A stretch of 64,000 nt of DNA from an uncultured delta proteobacterium (lineage in GTDB: Bacteria; Myxococcota; Myxococcia; SLRQ01): positions 128,001 through 192,000 of the forward strand of contig CAVSGM010000009.1 of assembly GCA_963727485.1 (NCBI GenBank), given 5' to 3'. Each line of letters starts with the position of its first letter. Position 1 is the first letter of the stretch. The translations under genes were made by a program, and so were the position numbers. This document shows positions 25,111 to 35,277 of the stretch, in pieces. The notes under the pieces are model-generated. The model was not told the origin of the DNA, did no database searches, and worked only from the letters and a program-made list of their open reading frames with translations.

Positions 25111-26537
25111 AGGTAGGCAAGCATCTCGCCCGGCGGCACCAGCGGGTGCGGCCCCTCGAGGACATGGAGGTCGCGCTGGTGCGCGCGGCCATCGAGGCAC
25201 CCGGCTGGCTCGACGAGCTGGCCGAGGCGAAGCTGCGCTACGCGTTGTCGCTGGCGCGGCTCACCGAGGTGCGCACCTCCGACGGCCGGGACGTCGATCT
25301 CGCAGGCGAGGTCGACGCCTACCGCAGGCGCCTGGTCGACACCCTCTCGCCGCTCCTCCTCGACCGCCGCGGCCTGGTGGAGCGCCCGGAGATCGCGGCC
25401 CTGGCCCCGGTGGTCTGGGAGCTGGCCACCGAGCAGCGCGAGAAGCTCAAGGCCACGACCTCGAGCCGCATCGCCTGGGAGGACGTGGACCGGGAGATCC
25501 GCGAGAAGGTCCTGGTGCTCGCCTGCGGCGGCGGCGGGGGCACGGGCTACGTCTACCTCGGCGCCTTCCACGCCCTGGAGGAGCGGGGCCTCACCCCCGC
25601 CCTCATCTCCGGGACCAGCATCGGCGCCATCCTCGCCGCCTTCCGCGCCCGCTCCGAGCACTTCGAGACCTCCGAGGTCGCCGAGGTGGTCCGCGACCTC
25701 TCGTGGACCAGCCTCTTCCGCCCCATCAACCAGCGCACCCGCTACGGCCTCCCGGCGCCCCTGCGCCTCTACCTGCGCGAGGGCGTGGGCCGGCACTTCC
25801 GCGAGGACGGCCAGGTGATGCGCCTGGGCGACCTCGCCATCCCGCTTCTGGTCACCATCGCCGGCATCCGCCGGGGCGAGGTCCCCCACCAGCCCGAGTG
25901 GTACGAGAACCGTCTCGACGTCTCGGCCCAGACCCCGTCCCGCCTGGGCATCAACCGCACCCGCAAGGTCGTCACCGGGGTGGTGCGCACCATCGCCGAC
26001 CTGGTCCAGCGCCCGGAGATCCTCCGGCCGGTGGTCCTCGGGGGCGACAAGGTCACCCGCGAGGCCGACGTCATCGACGCCATCGGCTTCTCCAGCGCGG
26101 TCCCCGGCCTCATCCACTACGACGTGACGCGCGAGGACCCCCGGATGGAGGGCCTCCTCGACGACCTCCTCGATCACCACGAGGTCGGGTGGCTGGTCGA
26201 CGGCGGGCTGGTGGACAACGTCCCGGCGCGGGCGGCGTGGAAGGCGGTGCAGTCGGGGCAGGTGGGGCGGCGCAACGCCCTGGTGGTCGCCATGGACGCC
26301 TTCGCCCCGAGGCTGACCAACCCCCTGTGGGTGCCCATCCAGCGCCTGGCCCAGGCCAACGTGAAGCCGAACCTGCGCTACGCCCACGTGGTGCAGACGT
26401 TCATCCGGACGCTCTCGCCCCTGGAGCTGGTGCCGGGGGTGACGTCGATCCTCAAGGCGGTGAGGCAGGGGCGCGAGGAGTTCGGGTACGAGCTGCCGCT
26501 CATCGAGCGGCTCTTGCAGCCCCTGCCGGCGATCTAG
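25107..26537 (+). CDS. Patatin-like phospholipase
   Basis: GGGGGTG loop, GTSIG nucleophile elbow, DGG motif. The TTG start overlaps the upstream stop. Confidence 0.9.
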   Translation: MKVGKHLARRHQRVRPLEDMEVALVRAAIEAPGWLDELAEAKLRYALSLARLTEVRTSDGRDVDLAGEVDAYRRRLVDTLSPLLLDRRGLVERPEIAALAPVVWELATEQREKLKATTSSRIAWEDVDREIREKVLVLACGGGGGTGYVYLGAFHALEERGLTPALISGTSIGAILAAFRARSEHFETSEVAEVVRDLSWTSLFRPINQRTRYGLPAPLRLYLREGVGRHFREDGQVMRLGDLAIPLLVTIAGIRRGEVPHQPEWYENRLDVSAQTPSRLGINRTRKVVTGVVRTIADLVQRPEILRPVVLGGDKVTREADVIDAIGFSSAVPGLIHYDVTREDPRMEGLLDDLLDHHEVGWLVDGGLVDNVPARAAWKAVQSGQVGRRNALVVAMDAFAPRLTNPLWVPIQRLAQANVKPNLRYAHVVQTFIRTLSPLELVPGVTSILKAVRQGREEFGYELPLIERLLQPLPAI

Positions 26538-26658
26538 CCCCCCCGGGACATCCCGCCCGCCGACCCGCACCTTGCCCCGGTCCCCGGGCGGGTGGTAGCA
26601 GAATGCAGCCCGTCCCCTGGGACGCGGCGACCCGGTATCCCCCACCCTGGAGGCGCCC

Positions 26659-27579
26659 ATGACCATCAAGGCCGAGGTCATCTGGATGGATGGCGAGTAC
26701 GTGCCCTTCGAGGATGCGAAGGTCCACGTGCTCACCCACACTTTGCACTACGGGCTGGGGGTCTTCGAGGGCATCCGCGCCTACGAGACCCACGACGGGC
26801 GCATCGCCGTCTTCCGCCTCGACGAGCACCTCCGGCGCCTCTACGAGTCGGCGAAGATCTGCCTCATGGACATCCCCTACTCCATGGCGCAGCTCACCGA
26901 GGTCAGCATCGAGATGGTGCGGCGCAACGGGAACAAGGCCTGCTACCTGCGGCCGCTGGTCTTCGTGGGGCACGGGAAGATGGGCCTGGGCACCATGGAC
27001 AACCCGGTGCGCACCGCCATCGCCGCCTGGGAGTGGGGCGCCTACCTCGGCGACGAGGGGATGAAGAACGGCATCCGCGCCAAGGTCTCCACCTTCAGCC
27101 GGGCCCAGGTGAACGTAGCGATGGTCAAGGGGAAGATCATCGGCCAGTACGTCAACTCCATCCTCGCCAAGCGCGAGGCGCTCCTCCAGGGCTTCGACGA
27201 GGCCATCCTCCTCGACCCCCAGGGCTACGTCTCCGAGGCCTCGGGCGAGAACATCTTCGTGGTCCGCGACGGGGTCGTCTGGACCACCCCGGTCACCGGC
27301 ACCATCCTCGCCGGCATCACCCGGGACGCCCTCATCACCGTCGGCCGGGACCGGGGCCTGGAGATCCGCGAGGAGCGCTTCACCCGCGACTTCCTCTGGA
27401 CCGCCGACGAGGTGTTCCTCTCGGGCACCGCCGCCGAGGTGACCCCGGTCCGCGAGGTGGACAACCGCACCATCGGCGCCGGCAAGGCCGGGCCCGTGAC
27501 CCTCGCGCTCCAGGAGGCCTTCTTCGACGTGGTGCAGGGCCGGGACGACCGCTACCGGGAGTGGCTGACCTACGTGTAG
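26659..27579 (+). CDS. ilvE: Branched-chain amino acid aminotransferase
   Basis: LHYGLGVFEGIRAY, EASGENIF, ILAGITR, DEVFLSGTAAEVTPV; GGAGG RBS. Confidence 0.96.
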   Translation: MTIKAEVIWMDGEYVPFEDAKVHVLTHTLHYGLGVFEGIRAYETHDGRIAVFRLDEHLRRLYESAKICLMDIPYSMAQLTEVSIEMVRRNGNKACYLRPLVFVGHGKMGLGTMDNPVRTAIAAWEWGAYLGDEGMKNGIRAKVSTFSRAQVNVAMVKGKIIGQYVNSILAKREALLQGFDEAILLDPQGYVSEASGENIFVVRDGVVWTTPVTGTILAGITRDALITVGRDRGLEIREERFTRDFLWTADEVFLSGTAAEVTPVREVDNRTIGAGKAGPVTLALQEAFFDVVQGRDDRYREWLTYV

Positions 27580-27588
27580 GATGGCGTC

Positions 27589-28902
27589 ATGGCAGACGCG
27601 AACCCCTACGGCCTCGAACGCCCCGACATCCTCCGGCTCGCGCCGCCCGAGCCCAAGAGCATCGTCGAGACCGGCCTCAACGTCGGCCTCCTCACCGACC
27701 TCGCCCTGCGGATGCTCTACTACGGGGGCGTGGTCACCGGCATCGAGCTCGCCGACCGCCTGCGGCTCCCCTGGGGCGGGGTGGTCAGCGACGTCATCGA
27801 CTTCCTGGTCCAGGAGCGGTGGGCCGACCTCCGCGGCGGCAAGGGCTTCGGCCGGGCGTCGGTGGAGTTCGTGCTCACCGACCGGGGCCGCGAGGCCGCC
27901 CGCGAGGCGGTGCAGCGTTCGAGCTACGTGGGCCCGGCCCCGGTGCCCATCGCCCAGTACAACGCCCTGGTCCAGACCCAGTCCACCGACGGCGCCTTCG
28001 TCACCCGCAGCCAGATCGTCGAGGCCTTCGACCACCTGGTCCTCGAGGACGGCCTCATCGAGCGCTTCGGCCCGGCGGTGAACGCCTCGCGCTCGCTCTT
28101 CCTCTACGGCCCCCCGGGCAACGGCAAGACCACCATCGCCGAGACCATCTCCGGCGTCCTCGGCGGCGAGGTCTACGTCCCCCACGCCCTCGAGGTCGAC
28201 GGCCAGGTGATCAAGGTCTACGACCCCCTGGTCCACATCGAGATCCCCCTCGAGTCGGACCCGGAGCTCGGCCGCCCCAAGGTGGAGATGGACCGCCGCT
28301 GGATCCTCTCGCGGCGCCCCACCGTCATCGTCGGCGGCGAGCTCACCCTCGAGACCCTCGACCTCATCTGGAACGCCGACGCCAAGTTCTACGAGGCGCC
28401 GTTCCAGGTGAAGGCCAACGGCGGCATGCTCCTCATCGACGACTTCGGCCGCCAGCGGGTCCACCCCACCGACCTGCTGAACCGGTGGATCGTCCCCCTG
28501 GAGAAGAACGTCGACTACCTCACCCTCCACACCGGCAAGAAGTTCGAGGTGCCCTTCGACGAGCTGGTCGTCTTCTCCACCAACCTCGACCCCAAGGAGC
28601 TGGTGGACGAGGCCTTCCTCCGGCGCATCAAGTACAAGATCGAGATCGGCAACCCCAACGAGGAGGCCTTCCGGGAGATCTTCCGGCGCCTCTGCACCGC
28701 CCAGGGCATCAAGTACAACGACGCCGCCCTCGACTACATCATCGACACCTACTACCGGGCCACGGGCATGGACCTGCGCGCCTGCCACCCCCGCGACATC
28801 CTCCAGCTCCTCCGCGACGCCGCGCGGTTCCTGGGCAAGCAGGCGGTGCTCTCCCAGGACCTCATCGACCAGGCCTGCCGCAGCTTCTTCGTGGTCCTCT
28901 AG
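27589..28902 (+). CDS. AAA+ ATPase with N-terminal winged-helix-like region
   Basis: GPPGNGKT (Walker A), LLIDDFGRQ (Walker B), FSTN, DEAFLRR. Confidence 0.88.
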   Translation: MADANPYGLERPDILRLAPPEPKSIVETGLNVGLLTDLALRMLYYGGVVTGIELADRLRLPWGGVVSDVIDFLVQERWADLRGGKGFGRASVEFVLTDRGREAAREAVQRSSYVGPAPVPIAQYNALVQTQSTDGAFVTRSQIVEAFDHLVLEDGLIERFGPAVNASRSLFLYGPPGNGKTTIAETISGVLGGEVYVPHALEVDGQVIKVYDPLVHIEIPLESDPELGRPKVEMDRRWILSRRPTVIVGGELTLETLDLIWNADAKFYEAPFQVKANGGMLLIDDFGRQRVHPTDLLNRWIVPLEKNVDYLTLHTGKKFEVPFDELVVFSTNLDPKELVDEAFLRRIKYKIEIGNPNEEAFREIFRRLCTAQGIKYNDAALDYIIDTYYRATGMDLRACHPRDILQLLRDAARFLGKQAVLSQDLIDQACRSFFVVL

Positions 28903-28915
28903 CCCCCCGGGCGCC

Positions 28916-29479
28916 ATGCGGGTCCCCACCCTCCACACCGAGCGCCTCACCCTGACCGTCCCCGGGTCGGAGGCGGCGGGCGCCTACGCCGACTACCTCG
29001 AGCGCAACCGCGCCCACTTCGCCCCCTGGGTCCCCCGGCAGCCCGAGGGCAGCTACTCCGAGGTCCACTGCCGCCTGGCGCTCCTCCACGCCCGGGAGGA
29101 GTGGGCCGCCGGCCTCTCGGCGCGCTTCGTGTTCTTCCGCCGGGGCCAGGCGCACGGCGAGGTCGTGGGCAACGCCAGCCTCACCGAGATCGTCCGGGGC
29201 CCGCTCCTCGGGTGCAACCTCGGCTACAAGCTCGACGAGGCGGCCCAGGGCCAGGGCCTGATGTTCGAGGGGCTCACCGCGCTGGTCGCCTGGGGCTTCG
29301 ACGAGCTGGGCCTCCACCGCATCGCCGCCAACTACCGCCCCACCAACGAGCGCAGCGGAAGGGTCCTGCGCCGGCTGGGGTTCGTGGTGGAGGGGTACGC
29401 CCGTGACTACCTCTTCATCGACGGTGCCTGGCGCGACCACATCCTCACCGCGCTCACCAACCCCAAGGCGCGGCCCTAG
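28916..29479 (+). CDS. RimJ-like GNAT acetyltransferase
   Basis: LGYKL...GQGLM, LHRIAANY.P.NERS..VL..LGF, IDGAWRDH. Confidence 0.9.
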   Translation: MRVPTLHTERLTLTVPGSEAAGAYADYLERNRAHFAPWVPRQPEGSYSEVHCRLALLHAREEWAAGLSARFVFFRRGQAHGEVVGNASLTEIVRGPLLGCNLGYKLDEAAQGQGLMFEGLTALVAWGFDELGLHRIAANYRPTNERSGRVLRRLGFVVEGYARDYLFIDGAWRDHILTALTNPKARP

Positions 29480-29480
29480 G

Positions 29481-30206
29481 GTGTCCGGGGGCAAAAGGCC
29501 CCCCTGGCGCCCCGCGTCCGAGCGCCGGGCCCGGCGAGCGCTGGTCGTCACCCTGATCGCCACCGCGGTGGTCGGGATCCTCTTCTGGCGCTCGCCGCTC
29601 CTCTGGCCCCTGAAGATCCTGGCGGTGACCCTCCACGAGCTCGGCCACGCCACCGCCGGGTGGCTGGTCGGCGGCCACGTGGACCACATCGCCCTGAGCC
29701 CGAACCAGGCCGGGGTCACCTGGGTCGCCGCCGGCCGCGCCCTGTGGAAGCAGGTGCTCATCGACTCCGGGGGCTACCTCGGCTCCACCGTCTTCGGCTC
29801 GGCGCTCCTGGTCCTGGCCAGCGGCCGGGCCCGGTGGCGGCCCCGGGCGGTGCTCTGGCTCCTCGGGGGCGGGCTGGTGGTGCTGGCGGTGCTCCTCTTC
29901 CGCGACGCCTTCTCCTGGGCCTTCGCCCTGGGCACCTCGGCAGCGCTCCTCGCCCTGGCGCGCCTGGCCCCGGACAAGGTGGTGCGCCCGGCGGCGGTGG
30001 CCATCGGCGCCTTCATCTGCCTCTACGCCCTCTGGGACCTCCGGGCGGACCTCTGGCACCTCCCCTGGGACCCGGTGGTCACGGGCACCGACGCCGACGC
30101 CCTGGCCCGCCTCACCCACGTCCCGGCCCTGGTGTGGGCGCTCACCTGGAGCGCCCTGGCCGCCACCGCCGTGGGGCTCACCGTCCGGCACGTCCTCCGC
30201 CGTTGA
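29481..30206 (+). CDS. M50B-like membrane metallopeptidase
   Basis: HELGH, GGYLG and TDA motifs; several TM helices. Confidence 0.85.
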   Translation: MSGGKRPPWRPASERRARRALVVTLIATAVVGILFWRSPLLWPLKILAVTLHELGHATAGWLVGGHVDHIALSPNQAGVTWVAAGRALWKQVLIDSGGYLGSTVFGSALLVLASGRARWRPRAVLWLLGGGLVVLAVLLFRDAFSWAFALGTSAALLALARLAPDKVVRPAAVAIGAFICLYALWDLRADLWHLPWDPVVTGTDADALARLTHVPALVWALTWSALAATAVGLTVRHVLRR

Positions 30207-30270
30207 GCCCGGGGCCGGCGACCCGGCCCGGGGGGGTGCGCCACCTGGGCACAGGGGGCCGTCGACTTTC

Positions 30271-30300
30271 TTGACAGGTCGGGTCGCGGTCCGCTACTAC
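30271..30300 (+). promoter_or_regulatory. Putative sigma70-type promoter of the Fic-like gene
   Basis: TTGACA-N18-TACTAC. Confidence 0.55.
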
Positions 30301-30475
30301 CTTCCATCACCGGAAACCCTGGCGGTATCTACACTTACGCGGGAAATCCCCCCGCACCGAGTGGTTCTGGCCGCCGGGGAATGAAGGCCTTCTCGCCGGG
30401 CGTTCACACCCTGGACGTTTCCCCTGCCCCACAGCCCGCGGCGGCCGACCGCCGTCCTCGAGAGGTTGGAAGAAG

Positions 30476-31252
30476 ATGCAAACGCGGTACCTCGAGATCG
30501 ACGACCTCACCGACGAGCTTCGCGACGCCCTGGACGAGACCCCCGCCGACCGGGCGGAGCTCTTCCGCCGGCGCTTCGACTACACCTGGGTCCACCACGA
30601 GAACGCCCTCGAGGGCGTGGTGCTCTCCTTCGAGGAGATCCACGGCGCCATGACCCAGACGGTGGTCACGGACCTCGCCAACGTGACCCTGTTCAAGAAG
30701 ATCCGCGCCAACTTCACCGCCCTGGAGATGGCCCGGGCGGAGAACGACACCAAGCGCTTCAAGTTCTCGGTGCCGATGTTCCAGCAGTTCTACGAGACCC
30801 TCTTCCTCGGCCTCGATTGGGACAAGGGCAAGTTCCGGCGCGACATCCCGCTCCACCGGACCTACTTCCACGACCTGCTCGCGCCGGAGAAGATCCCGGC
30901 CCGCCTCGACGCCCTGGTCGAGTACGCCAACGGCGCCGACTTCCGGGCCCTGCACCCCATCAAGCAGGCGGCGGTCTTCGGGCACCAGTTCATGCAGGTC
31001 TTCCCCTGGTCCGAGGCCTCGGGTCCCGTGGGCCGGCTGATGAGCAACATCCTGCTCATGCGCGCCGGCTACTTCCCGGTGGTCATCCACGCCCACGACC
31101 GGGAGCGGTACTACAACGCCCTCAAGGGCACCTCGCCGTCGACCCTGCGTGATCTGGTCGTCGAGTCCATGGAGAACAGCCTCCGGGGCTCCCTCAAGCT
31201 CCTCCGGGACGCTGCCGAGGGCGACGAGGCCCAGCCCGGCCGCGCCGGCTGA
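30476..31252 (+). CDS. Fic-family protein with degenerate catalytic motif
   Basis: HENALEG, GKFR, HPIKQAA..H.F and YYNAL mark the Fic fold; the motif reads FPWSEASGPVGR. Confidence 0.8.
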   Translation: MQTRYLEIDDLTDELRDALDETPADRAELFRRRFDYTWVHHENALEGVVLSFEEIHGAMTQTVVTDLANVTLFKKIRANFTALEMARAENDTKRFKFSVPMFQQFYETLFLGLDWDKGKFRRDIPLHRTYFHDLLAPEKIPARLDALVEYANGADFRALHPIKQAAVFGHQFMQVFPWSEASGPVGRLMSNILLMRAGYFPVVIHAHDRERYYNALKGTSPSTLRDLVVESMENSLRGSLKLLRDAAEGDEAQPGRAG

Positions 31253-31350
31253 CCGGCCGGCGAGCGCACCCCCGGCGCAGTTGATGCCGGGGGGCCGCGG
31301 CCTATGCTTGAGCCTTGGCCGTGCCCCGGGCGCGGCGGAGGAGAGCCATC

Positions 31351-31989
31351 ATGGAGTCAATCGCCGCTGCGACCCAGGACGAGGTCTACACCCTCTCCGA
31401 CGGGGCCCGGGTCTGGGTCCACGCCCGGGCCAGCCTGCCGACCATCCATGGCACCTTCGAGGTCGTCGCCTTCCGCAACGAGCGGGACGGCAAGGAGCAC
31501 CTGGCGCTCGTCAGCGGTCCCCTCGATCCCGAGGCGGTGACCCCGGTGCGCCTCCACAGCGAGTGCCTCACCGGCGACGCCCTCGGCTCCATCCGCTGCG
31601 ACTGCCGGGCCCAGCTCGAGTCCGCCGAGGCGTCACTCGCCGAGGCCCCGGGGGGCGTGCTCCTCTACATGCGCCAGGAGGGCCGGGGCATCGGGCTGGC
31701 CAACAAGATCGCCGCCTACGCCCTGCAGGACGAGGGCCTCGACACCGTCGACGCCAACCTCCACCTCGGCTTCGACACCGACCTGCGGACCTACGACGTC
31801 GCCGCGGGGATGCTCCACCTCCTCGGCGTGGGGCGGGTGGCGCTGTACACCAACAACCCGCGCAAGGTCTTCGGGCTCAAGTCCGAGGGCATCGAGGTGG
31901 TGGAGCGGGTGCCCCTGAAGGTCGGCCTGCGGCCGGAGAACGCCTTCTACCTCTCGACCAAGCGCGACCGCTGCGGCCACCTCCTCTAG
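31351..31989 (+). CDS. ribA: GTP cyclohydrolase II
   Basis: RLHSECLTGD..GS.RCDC, QEGRGIGL.NK..AY.LQD.G.DT, TNNPRK. Confidence 0.96.
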   Translation: MESIAAATQDEVYTLSDGARVWVHARASLPTIHGTFEVVAFRNERDGKEHLALVSGPLDPEAVTPVRLHSECLTGDALGSIRCDCRAQLESAEASLAEAPGGVLLYMRQEGRGIGLANKIAAYALQDEGLDTVDANLHLGFDTDLRTYDVAAGMLHLLGVGRVALYTNNPRKVFGLKSEGIEVVERVPLKVGLRPENAFYLSTKRDRCGHLL

Positions 31990-32080
31990 GGGCGGTCGAG
32001 CGGAGATCCCTGGCGAGGCCCTCCGCGGACGGGCACGAGAAGGTGGAATTGCCCCGCCGCAAGGGATAACCAAGGCGAAG

Positions 32081-33118
32081 ATGGCCGATCGTCGTCAGCC
32101 GGATCCCACCCTCGAGTCCGTCCTCGAGGATCTCGACCGCGTGGCCCAGGGCCGGCGCGGCGCCGTGGCCATGACCCACGACAACCCCGACCCCGACGCC
32201 ATGGCCTCGGCCGCGGGGGTGGGCTTCCTCCTCGAGGCGCGCCACGGGATCCCCACCCGCCTCGCCTATGGCGGGATCATCGGCCGGGCGGAGAACCGGG
32301 AGTTGGTGCGGCTGCTCAAGCTGCCCATGATCCCGGTGAGCCGGGTGGACCTCACCGAGGACGACGTGGTGGCCCTCGTCGACACCCAGCCCCCCACCGG
32401 GAACCACAGCCTCCCCGAGGGCCACGGCGCCGACATCGTCATCGACCACCACCCCGAGCGCCCCGGGAGCCGCGACGCCGGGGTCTGCTTCGTCTCCCAG
32501 GGCTACGGCGCCACCAGCTCCATCGTCACCGCGCTCATCCGCGCCGCGGGCCTCGAGCCCCCGCCGGCGCTCGCCACCGCCCTCTTCTACGGGGTGAAGA
32601 GCGACACCCGGGCGCTGGGCCGGGAGAGCAAGGAGCCGGACACCGAGGCCTACAACTGGCTCTTCCCCCGCTCCGACCAGGCGCTCCTCGCCCGCATCGA
32701 GCACCCCCAGGTGCCCCTGCTCTACTTCCAGGCCTACCACACGGCCTACGAGCGGGCGCGGATGCAGGGCAACGTCATCACCGTCGATCTCGGCGACGTC
32801 TACATGCCCGACATCGTCCCCGAGATCGCCGAACGGCTCTCCACCCTCGAGGGCGCCAAGTGGTCGCTGGCCCTGGGCACCTTCGAGGGGGAGATCTACG
32901 CGTCGGTCCGCAGCAACGACAAGCGGATGAACGCGGGCAAGCTCATCCAGTCCCTCACCGCCGACCTCGGGGGCTCGGCCGGCGGCCATGGGCAGATGGC
33001 CGGCGCCCGGGTGCCCTTCGAGAGCCCCAAGGACGCCGCCCACCTGCGCAAGGTCGTCGTCGATCGCTTCCTCGAGGCCTGCGGGGTCGAGTCGGAGCAG
33101 GTCCGCGCCATCGTCTGA
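32081..33118 (+). CDS. DHH/DHHA1 phosphoesterase
   Basis: HDNPDPDA, VDTQ, IDHH, SDT and SAGGH motifs. Confidence 0.92.
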   Translation: MADRRQPDPTLESVLEDLDRVAQGRRGAVAMTHDNPDPDAMASAAGVGFLLEARHGIPTRLAYGGIIGRAENRELVRLLKLPMIPVSRVDLTEDDVVALVDTQPPTGNHSLPEGHGADIVIDHHPERPGSRDAGVCFVSQGYGATSSIVTALIRAAGLEPPPALATALFYGVKSDTRALGRESKEPDTEAYNWLFPRSDQALLARIEHPQVPLLYFQAYHTAYERARMQGNVITVDLGDVYMPDIVPEIAERLSTLEGAKWSLALGTFEGEIYASVRSNDKRMNAGKLIQSLTADLGGSAGGHGQMAGARVPFESPKDAAHLRKVVVDRFLEACGVESEQVRAIV

Positions 33119-33124
33119 CGCCCC

Positions 33125-34279
33125 ATGGACGCCTACCTCGACAACAACGCCACCACGCCGCTGGTCCCCGAGGTGGTGGAGGCCATGCACCGGATCCTCG
33201 CCGAGGTCCCGGGCAACCCCTCCTCGATCCACGCCTCCGGGCGCGCCGCGCGCACCGCCCTCGACGACGCCCGGGAGTCGGTCGCCGCGGGCCTCGGGTG
33301 CCGGCCCCGGGAGGTGGTGTTCGCCGGGAGCGGCTCCGAGGCGGACACCCTGGCGGTGGTCGGCTCGTACCTGGCGCTCCGGGAACGGGGCCGACACCTG
33401 GTGGTCAGCGCCGTGGAGCACCCGGCGGTGCGCAACGCCGCGCGCTTCTGCGCCGAGGCCCTCGGGGCCGAGGTGACCTTCGTGAAGCCCGACGGTGAGG
33501 GCGTGGTCTCCGTGGACGCCATCTCCGAGGCCCTGCGCGAGGACACGGTGCTGGTCTCCCTCATGGCCGCGAACAACGAGACCGGGGCGGTGATGCCGGT
33601 GACCGGGGTCGGTAGCCTCTGCCGGGCGCGCGGGGTGCGCTTCCACACCGACGCGGTGCAGGCGGTGGGCCGGGTGCCGGTGTCGTTTGCCGAGTGGCCG
33701 GTGGACCTCCTCTCGCTCTCGGCCCACAAGCTCCACGGGCCCAAGGGCGCAGCCGCCCTCCTGGTGCGCCGGGGGGTGAAGCTCGCCCCCGTGGTCCAGG
33801 GCGGCGGCCAGGAGCGGGGGCTGCGCCCGGGCACCGAGAACCTCGCCGGGATCGTCGGCCTCGCCACCGCCCTGCGCCTCGCCCTCGAGGCCGAGGGCGC
33901 CGGGGCCATGGACCGGGTCGCCGCCCTCCGGGACCGCCTCGAGGCGGGGATCCTCGGCGCCCTCCCCGATGCGGTCGTCAACGGGCCCCGGACGCCCGCG
34001 GCGCGGGTGCCCAACACCCTCAACGTCAGCTTCGCCGGCGCCGAGGCCGAGGGGGTGCTCATCGGCCTCGACCGGGCCGGGGTCGCCGCCTCCTCCGGAT
34101 CCGCGTGCAGCTCCGGGTCGGTGACCCCCAGCCCGGTGCTCACCGCCATGGGGCTGGCACCGGCGCGGATCGCGTCGTCGATCCGTCTCTCCCTGTCGCG
34201 GCTGACCACCGAGGCCGAGGTCGACCGGGTGCTCGAGGTCCTGCCCGGGATCGTCCAGCGCCTCCGCGACGCCGCCTGA
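33125..34279 (+). CDS. Cysteine desulfurase (IscS/NifS type)
   Basis: YLDNNATT, GNPSS, HTDAVQ, SAHKLHGPKG, SSGSAC. Confidence 0.95.
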   Translation: MDAYLDNNATTPLVPEVVEAMHRILAEVPGNPSSIHASGRAARTALDDARESVAAGLGCRPREVVFAGSGSEADTLAVVGSYLALRERGRHLVVSAVEHPAVRNAARFCAEALGAEVTFVKPDGEGVVSVDAISEALREDTVLVSLMAANNETGAVMPVTGVGSLCRARGVRFHTDAVQAVGRVPVSFAEWPVDLLSLSAHKLHGPKGAAALLVRRGVKLAPVVQGGGQERGLRPGTENLAGIVGLATALRLALEAEGAGAMDRVAALRDRLEAGILGALPDAVVNGPRTPAARVPNTLNVSFAGAEAEGVLIGLDRAGVAASSGSACSSGSVTPSPVLTAMGLAPARIASSIRLSLSRLTTEAEVDRVLEVLPGIVQRLRDAA

Positions 34280-34320
34280 CCGAGCCGCGGCGGGCCGCCC
34301 TGGCCCGCGCGGGCGTCGGC

Positions 34321-35265
34321 TCAGCTGGGGAAGAGCCCGCGGACCACGGCGGCGATGGCGAGGTCGGTGCCCACCAGCTCGTCCTGGAAGGGTCCGAGGG
34401 CCGTGAGGACCGCGGTGGCGTCGTCGAAGCGGTCCGCCGGCGACAGGGCCAACAGGCGCATCACCAGCTCGTCGAGGCCCCGGGGCACGTCGGCCCGGAG
34501 GATGCTCGGCACCCAGGGGGGGTCGCCTCCGTAGGCCTCGGCGAGCTCCTCCAGGGACTCGGCCACGTAGGGGCGCTCGAGGGTGAGCAGCTCGTAGAGG
34601 AGCGCCCCCACCGCGTAGAGGTCGGTGCGGGGGTCGACCTCCCCGCCCAGGGCCTGCTCCGGCGCCAGGTAGCCGAGCTTGCCCCGGACCTCGCCGCCGA
34701 GGTCCCGGGCCTCCTGGGCGCCCACCAGGGCCACCCCGAAGTCCCCGAGCTTGATCTCGCCCACCCGGGAGATGAAGACGTTGGCCGGGTTCACGTCGCA
34801 GTGGACGATGCCCAGGGGCGTGCCGTCGGCCCCGCGGGCCGCGTGCACCACCTCCAGGGACTCGAGGACCCGGGCCGCGATGTGGGTGACGAAGGGGACC
34901 GGGAGGTCGATCTGTCCCTGGCGGCAGCGGTGGATCACCATGCCCAGGTCCCGGCCGTCGACGTACTCCATGACCAGGTAGGGGGCTCCGCGGAAGTTGC
35001 CGGCGTCGAGGACCGCCACCAGGCCCGGGTGCTGGATGAGCCGGCCGAGATCGGCCTCGCCGAGGAAGCGGTCGACCATCTCCGGGTCGTCGGCGGCCCG
35101 GGGGATGAGGCGCTTCACCGCGACCTTCTGGCCCGCGTGGGGGCCCTCCACGGCCTCACCGAGGAACACGTCGGCCATGCCGCCGCGCCCGATGCGCCGC
35201 TCCAGGCGGTAGGGCCCGAGGCGGGGGACCCGGCTGGGGTCGTCTGGGCCCGTTCCCTCAGGCAC
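34321..35265 (-). CDS. Hanks-type Ser/Thr protein kinase (kinase domain only)
   Basis: GRGGMADV, VAVK, HCDVNPAN, DFG, YLAPE, DLYAVG. Confidence 0.93.
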   Translation of the reverse strand: MPEGTGPDDPSRVPRLGPYRLERRIGRGGMADVFLGEAVEGPHAGQKVAVKRLIPRAADDPEMVDRFLGEADLGRLIQHPGLVAVLDAGNFRGAPYLVMEYVDGRDLGMVIHRCRQGQIDLPVPFVTHIAARVLESLEVVHAARGADGTPLGIVHCDVNPANVFISRVGEIKLGDFGVALVGAQEARDLGGEVRGKLGYLAPEQALGGEVDPRTDLYAVGALLYELLTLERPYVAESLEELAEAYGGDPPWVPSILRADVPRGLDELVMRLLALSPADRFDDATAVLTALGPFQDELVGTDLAIAAVVRGLFPS

Positions 35266-35277
35266 GTGGATTCATCC

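Noticed and set aside
30207..30236. GC-rich hairpin as a REP element
   Set aside because: No second copy recognised in the window; GC hairpins are common by chance here.
31253..31350. FMN riboswitch upstream of ribA
   Set aside because: The region is under 100 nt and lacks RFN conserved motifs.
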